Origin: an uncultured Erysipelotrichaceae bacterium
Lineage (GTDB): Bacteria > Bacillota_I > Bacilli_A > Erysipelotrichales > Erysipelotrichaceae
Direction of reading: 5' to 3'
Length of the DNA stretch: 64,000 nt
Assembly: GCA_947569705.1 (NCBI GenBank)
Contig: CANOSP010000011.1
Location: 485 to 64,484, forward strand
Shown: piece after piece, positions 60,501-64,000 of the stretch
How the letters are laid out: each line of letters opens with the position of its first letter
Position numbering within the stretch: position 1 is the stretch's first letter
Made by a program: the position numbers and the translations under genes
Notes under the pieces: model-generated
What the model was told of the DNA's origin: nothing
Databases searched by the model: none
The model's input: only the letters and a program-made list of their open reading frames with translations

Positions 60501-62774
60501 AATACGCTCTCTGAACTGTGCATAAGTCTGTCCGTTGTCGTCTTCTCCATACCATGTTTTTTCTGATACGAGTGACACAGCATCTTTAATACGATCATGA
60601 ATATCAAACCAAGAGAAGCCGGTTCTGAAAGATGTCATATCATTCCATAATGCGAAAGATGCACCCTTTGTCTGTGGATGTGCCACAGGCATAATTGCTT
60701 CACCGGATGGATTTCTTCCGGATTTAAAGTCATTTACTTCAAAATTTTCATAAAGCTTTTTCGTATCAAAGCGATCCGGATATCCGGCATTTGCCGCAGG
60801 TACGATATACAGCCATCCGCCGTAAGTGTTAATGACATCATAACCTGCATTATATGTTTCATGAACATCTGCCCAATACGGCGCCCATAAGTTCATTACA
60901 ATATCACTTGTTACCGGGGTAGTACCGTTGAAACCGTTTTTACCTAAAGAAGCCCATGCACGACTTTGATAGCCCTTTGCATTTACATATTTTGCGAAAT
61001 GATCGGTCCATTTACGCATTTGTTCACCATAAGCTTTATCATATTCATCCGTACCGATATGGAAGTTTTTACTTTGAATTACCGGATCGGGACCGTCTAA
61101 ATATTCATCAATCAGCTTTTCCAAGATTCTCGCATTGGCATTAAATGCTTCTTCAGTTCTTATATCCAAATATCCTGCTTTCCACATTACGACGCCTTCA
61201 ATATCCTTTAAAGCATCGGCATGATACGGTGAATCAAGTTCGGTAATTACATCGATTCCGTATAACTTCATGTCCTTCTGATACTGACGATATTCCTCTT
61301 GCGTGTAATAGCCATCTTTTGCGTTAATAGAAGGATATACTTTACTTTCCAAACGGAATGCGCTGTAGCCCGACTGTCCCCAATAATCATTAATATGAAT
61401 ATGTGCTTCATTCATTTTATAATAGGACATATAAATTGTCATTTCTTCAAGATATTCCAACGGAATATACATTCTGCCGACATCGATCATACCGGCACGT
61501 ACTTCATACTGCGGATAATCTCTTGTCAGACCTTTAGGCGCTGTATTGTCATTTTGATATAAAATCTGAGTAATTGAAGCAGCACCGTAAATCCAACCGT
61601 TTTCTGTATTCTGCGGTGCAGAAATAGTAACTACATCATCAATACTCATGTAGTAACCCTCTGTACCGAGTTCATCTGTTGTATAAGCAGCTGCGAATGA
61701 AATATCGCCCGTTTTCGGTGTGACACCCTTAATCACATTGATATCCATTCCCAACATATCCTTCAGATATGTTTTTAATACATCTGCCGCTGCCTTTTGA
61801 TTATCTGCGCTGTAGATAATCTGAGAGCTGCTTGTTAATTGGAAGCTTCCGGTTCCGCCGTTCCACTCTCTTAAGCCCGGTAAAACATTCGGTTTAGCGT
61901 TTGATCCCGTTACCGGATTGCTTCCCGGAATCGTAATTGCCGGTGCATCAACAGTAGATGTCGCAGTATCTGTTGCATCTGTTTTATTCGTTACACGATA
62001 CATCACTTTTACCGGCATAGCAGTAATCGGCTGATAAACAACATTTGCTGTACTTACAACTTGTGCATTATCTGTTCCGTATAATTCAATCTCATAATCC
62101 GCCGGCACTGTCGGAAGAACTAAAGAGTTTCCGTCAGGGGCCAATGTCGGTGCTGTATTTTGAATATCTTTAATTACTTCAGCCGCATTAGAAGGAACAT
62201 GATCATCGATTACATCATTTGAATATACTTCAAACTCATAAACGGAATAACCATATTTTGCGGTTTTCGGCTGTAAACACAACAATTTTACATAGCGTAT
62301 TCTCTCATTTAAATTGTCATGTACCATTTCACCGGCAGCACTTGTACCGCTTTCTACAAAATCAGTGAAGGTAGTACCATCCAAAGAACCCTGCAGCTTA
62401 TATTTTGTCGCAGTGGCACCCTCCCAATCAATCACAATTTTATTGACAGTGTACTCCTCACCGAGATCGACCATCATCCATTGTTCAATACTCGGATCCC
62501 ATTGTTCAGTAGGTGTTCCTGTGCCGACACGCTTTGAAGACCATCTGGAATCATTGTTCGTATCCGGATCTTCATCACCTTTACGCTTACCATCCACAGC
62601 CTTCATTGCCGTCTTTCCTGAATCAGGATATACGCTGGATTCTGTTGCCGTCTTATTTAAGGCCAAATTTTTTAGCTGCGCGGCTTTTACCGAAATACCC
62701 TGAGCCGGCAGTAAAGTAGCTACCATTAAAGCAGTCAAACAACTGATCATCAGCTTTCTAATCTGTTTCATCAC
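57582..62774 (-). CDS. Cell-wall-anchored GH20 beta-N-acetylhexosaminidase-like enzyme with CBM32(F5/8C), LamG-like and FIVAR domains
   Basis: MIDVGR, HIHIND, HIGTDEY catalytic DE pair, two F5/8C-like modules (NLALxK..W..VDLG), DKxALxxAI FIVAR repeats, PDQPN linker, KNTGT + TM + basic tail. Confidence 0.88.
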   Translation of the reverse strand: MMKQIRKLMISCLTALMVATLLPAQGISVKAAQLKNLALNKTATESSVYPDSGKTAMKAVDGKRKGDEDPDTNNDSRWSSKRVGTGTPTEQWDPSIEQWMMVDLGEEYTVNKIVIDWEGATATKYKLQGSLDGTTFTDFVESGTSAAGEMVHDNLNERIRYVKLLCLQPKTAKYGYSVYEFEVYSNDVIDDHVPSNAAEVIKDIQNTAPTLAPDGNSLVLPTVPADYEIELYGTDNAQVVSTANVVYQPITAMPVKVMYRVTNKTDATDTATSTVDAPAITIPGSNPVTGSNAKPNVLPGLREWNGGTGSFQLTSSSQIIYSADNQKAAADVLKTYLKDMLGMDINVIKGVTPKTGDISFAAAYTTDELGTEGYYMSIDDVVTISAPQNTENGWIYGAASITQILYQNDNTAPKGLTRDYPQYEVRAGMIDVGRMYIPLEYLEEMTIYMSYYKMNEAHIHINDYWGQSGYSAFRLESKVYPSINAKDGYYTQEEYRQYQKDMKLYGIDVITELDSPYHADALKDIEGVVMWKAGYLDIRTEEAFNANARILEKLIDEYLDGPDPVIQSKNFHIGTDEYDKAYGEQMRKWTDHFAKYVNAKGYQSRAWASLGKNGFNGTTPVTSDIVMNLWAPYWADVHETYNAGYDVINTYGGWLYIVPAANAGYPDRFDTKKLYENFEVNDFKSGRNPSGEAIMPVAHPQTKGASFALWNDMTSFRTGFSWFDIHDRIKDAVSLVSEKTWYGEDDNGQTYAQFRERIDALQNKVPNANPGRYVESDTDLIAEYDFEENGTTVKDNSTNGYDASLTKASAADGAVKFDGTGYLSLPMDSIGYPYSVFMNLTLDELTDNATLFAGADGTFYVNKLGKLSYARDQYEFTFNYTPKTDKEIALALVCDNKNLTLYVDGKQIGNGKLTNTTIAGKTQQSSTFVLPVEKVFENTKGTLSKMSVYNRALSADEVLEKMGIVRENLALKKTVSVSGLELNNGQFTAEMAVDGIVSSDSRVSFAKDQDEQWLLVDLGDVYNIGDLVINYESKVGKYEIQVSTDGQNFTPVYRKNDAQVIAAAGVPAIEKISIEPVDARYVKYVQKERWKHSGNNKVYSGSIYEFEVYAPFDDNPRPSIDALLALSPDTTGATTAQRQIGKNTSDKVNVEFDMVTTTEDTGIVDIPVGLGAYDSNHTSYTQIPMLMRMYKDGKFGAYNGNQVNGKAVGFVQSDLTYEPNTSYHVRFAVDLSKSTYSVYVTPPGETEVCIGKDYAYRVAAPQDLGKLYLFNLVSSIPAGSHWLDHIKLTDIDSQSVDKSELNQLISELDQVEQGNYTDESWNEFCELLDYAKEVSEDEFATEANVQATVEALNNAMDILKEKVDKLALAKAIEDASAIKAEGYTKVSYQALQDAIASGEAVMADEDATKTDVEEAVQMINDAKNALVKTADKTALQQAMNKYAYLLKELADYPKDIADAFKQAYTKAEQVNKDSEAIQDEADAAKDALVKAAQKLENYEKPNPDDPDQPDNPDNPDQPNKPDQPNNPDQPNKPDQPDQPNNHDEPSKPDQGNNVFVKDDVTVVTDVELDDDIKLAVKHFDQEMLKQLGAKIKDKTFLKQYNFEKLIDIYFVNGKGEQVEFNRTVQMVMSIKIDKEMLGKDLRVVYISDSGDIRFIPSWIENDTIKFKTTHNSYYAIVSTAASVPSENIKPNSPIKNTGTKTEQSGTAILWTMLLLVGSAAYVTRKRQENN
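58152..58275 (-). repeat. Low-complexity P-D/N-Q-P linker repeat within the GH20
   Basis: NPDDPDQPDNPDNPDQPNKPDQPNNPDQPNKPDQPDQPNN. Confidence 0.8.
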
Positions 62775-62845
62775 TTTTCTCCTTTCCTATTCATCGAAAT
62801 GAAACATTTCACTATTTTTTTGTTTATAAATGTAGACAATTATAG

Positions 62846-62874
62846 ACATACGTTTCTGATATAGAAATGTATGT
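62846..62874. promoter_or_regulatory. Palindromic operator candidate between the divergent GH20 and adhesin 3
   Basis: ACATACGTTTCT-GATAT-AGAAATGTATGT (12-bp arms, 1 mismatch). Confidence 0.45.
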
Positions 62875-62967
62875 TTTTTGTTTGTAAAGCATACGATTTT
62901 GGTTCTTTTTCCACTATTTCTTAAAGTCTACCTTTGTAGATATTGAGAAGGAAGGGAAAATGAAGTT

Positions 62968-64000
62968 ATGTGGAAGAAAATTGCGGTTGTGGCATTAGCA
63001 TTGATCGGAGGTATTTCGGTCGGATACTCATATGTCGCTGATAAATTGAGCGCTGCCTCTATGTTTAAATTAGACATAGGAACAAAAATCGCTTTTGGTG
63101 AACACGACGGTAATAACGGAATGGTTTGGGATGTAGGTGGCAACAATGACGGTCAATATACGTTATTAGCGACCCGTTCTTTTCAATATGGTGTAGAAGT
63201 TACCGGACTAAATCGGAATTATGTCAGAAGTGAAGGCGCAAGTGTTTCATTAAATACCTTAGAAACATCAGCGTGTAATAAACTGCCGGGACTTCCGAGA
63301 TTGGATGATCTTTCAAATGTATCTGCCAATGATGCATCTTATCGAAGCGGTGCATATTATTGGATTGATAATGATATTAAAATCAGCGGCAACACTACAG
63401 TGTATAATGTTGCACATCTTGGTTATGGTGAAGGACATAAAGCGCATAATGTAATTGACAATGCGACAGGTAACAGTTACGGAACTAATTTTATGGTAAT
63501 TGCCTTAAACGCTGCCGATCAAAGAGCATCCATTCGTCCTTTTACTTATTTGGATCAGGCAAAGATTGTGTTTGCGGCAGCACCGGGATTTCAGGACGGC
63601 AGCTGGCATCGCTATCAAATTCAAAAAGGGATTTGCAGTGATGAAGTGGAATCACCGATCACCCGAATCAGAATCCAATCATCCGCTATGAGTGCTAATT
63701 TACTGAATATCAGAAGTATTTACAACGATAAAGTGATCAGTAAAACTATTTTAAACAGCACTGTTAATTTAGAAGCTTCTGTTACCGGAGCCGGTGCAGT
63801 AGGTGTATTATTGTATGACAGCAGCGGTTCGGAAATAAAATATTACCGTTCGGTAGGGCCAATGACCGGCAAATATTTATCGCTTGATTTAAGCGGAATA
63901 CCGGTTGGAAAATATAAAGCAGCTATTCTAAATGAGGAAATTAATCCATCTACCGATCGTCCTTTGGCAAGCTCTGCAATTTCAGGTTTTTCAGATTTAG
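62968..64000 (+). CDS. Giant surface protein paralog 3 (runs off the right edge; absent from the ORF track)
   Basis: MWKKIAVVALALIGG..FGEHDGNNGMVWDVG..YYWI..SIRPFTYLDQAKIVFAA..DGSWHRY..IKYY..LDLSGIPVGKYK; open to the window end and clearly homologous to the other two. Confidence 0.85.
   Translation, partial: MWKKIAVVALALIGGISVGYSYVADKLSAASMFKLDIGTKIAFGEHDGNNGMVWDVGGNNDGQYTLLATRSFQYGVEVTGLNRNYVRSEGASVSLNTLETSACNKLPGLPRLDDLSNVSANDASYRSGAYYWIDNDIKISGNTTVYNVAHLGYGEGHKAHNVIDNATGNSYGTNFMVIALNAADQRASIRPFTYLDQAKIVFAAAPGFQDGSWHRYQIQKGICSDEVESPITRIRIQSSAMSANLLNIRSIYNDKVISKTILNSTVNLEASVTGAGAVGVLLYDSSGSEIKYYRSVGPMTGKYLSLDLSGIPVGKYKAAILNEEINPSTDRPLASSAISGFSDL

Overview
64 kb of chromosome from a low-GC Firmicute. 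The gene set looks like a gut Erysipelotrichaceae-type organism; this is an inference, not a database result. Left end (1-15 kb): two giant surface proteins, each lying downstream of an ECF sigma factor fused to a membrane segment and a C-terminal domain. A third paralog of the surface protein starts at the right edge. Middle: housekeeping and carbohydrate genes (GH13, gltX, M18 peptidase, gap, clpP, GalNAc/galactosamine PTS-aga cluster, lepB, ClC channel). Main result: directly downstream of rlmD (about 40.9-47.8 kb, minus strand) are five intergenic copies of the rlmD 3' end. Each still encodes an HVES-type C-terminal peptide plus TAA, three share a conserved ~32-bp upstream arm, and exactly one cargo gene or gene remnant (RhuM, Fic, RhuM-Fic, unknown, AAA-like) lies between neighbouring copies. 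This resembles an integron-like single-gene cassette array anchored at rlmD, with no recombinase in the window. Right part: PanT-like S component, SpoIIE-like phosphatase, acidic-repeat surface protein, tagO, mreB-like gene and a multidomain GH20. No rRNA, tRNA, CRISPR array, transposase or integrase was recognised. All calls come from manual reading and the ORF track; no searches were run.
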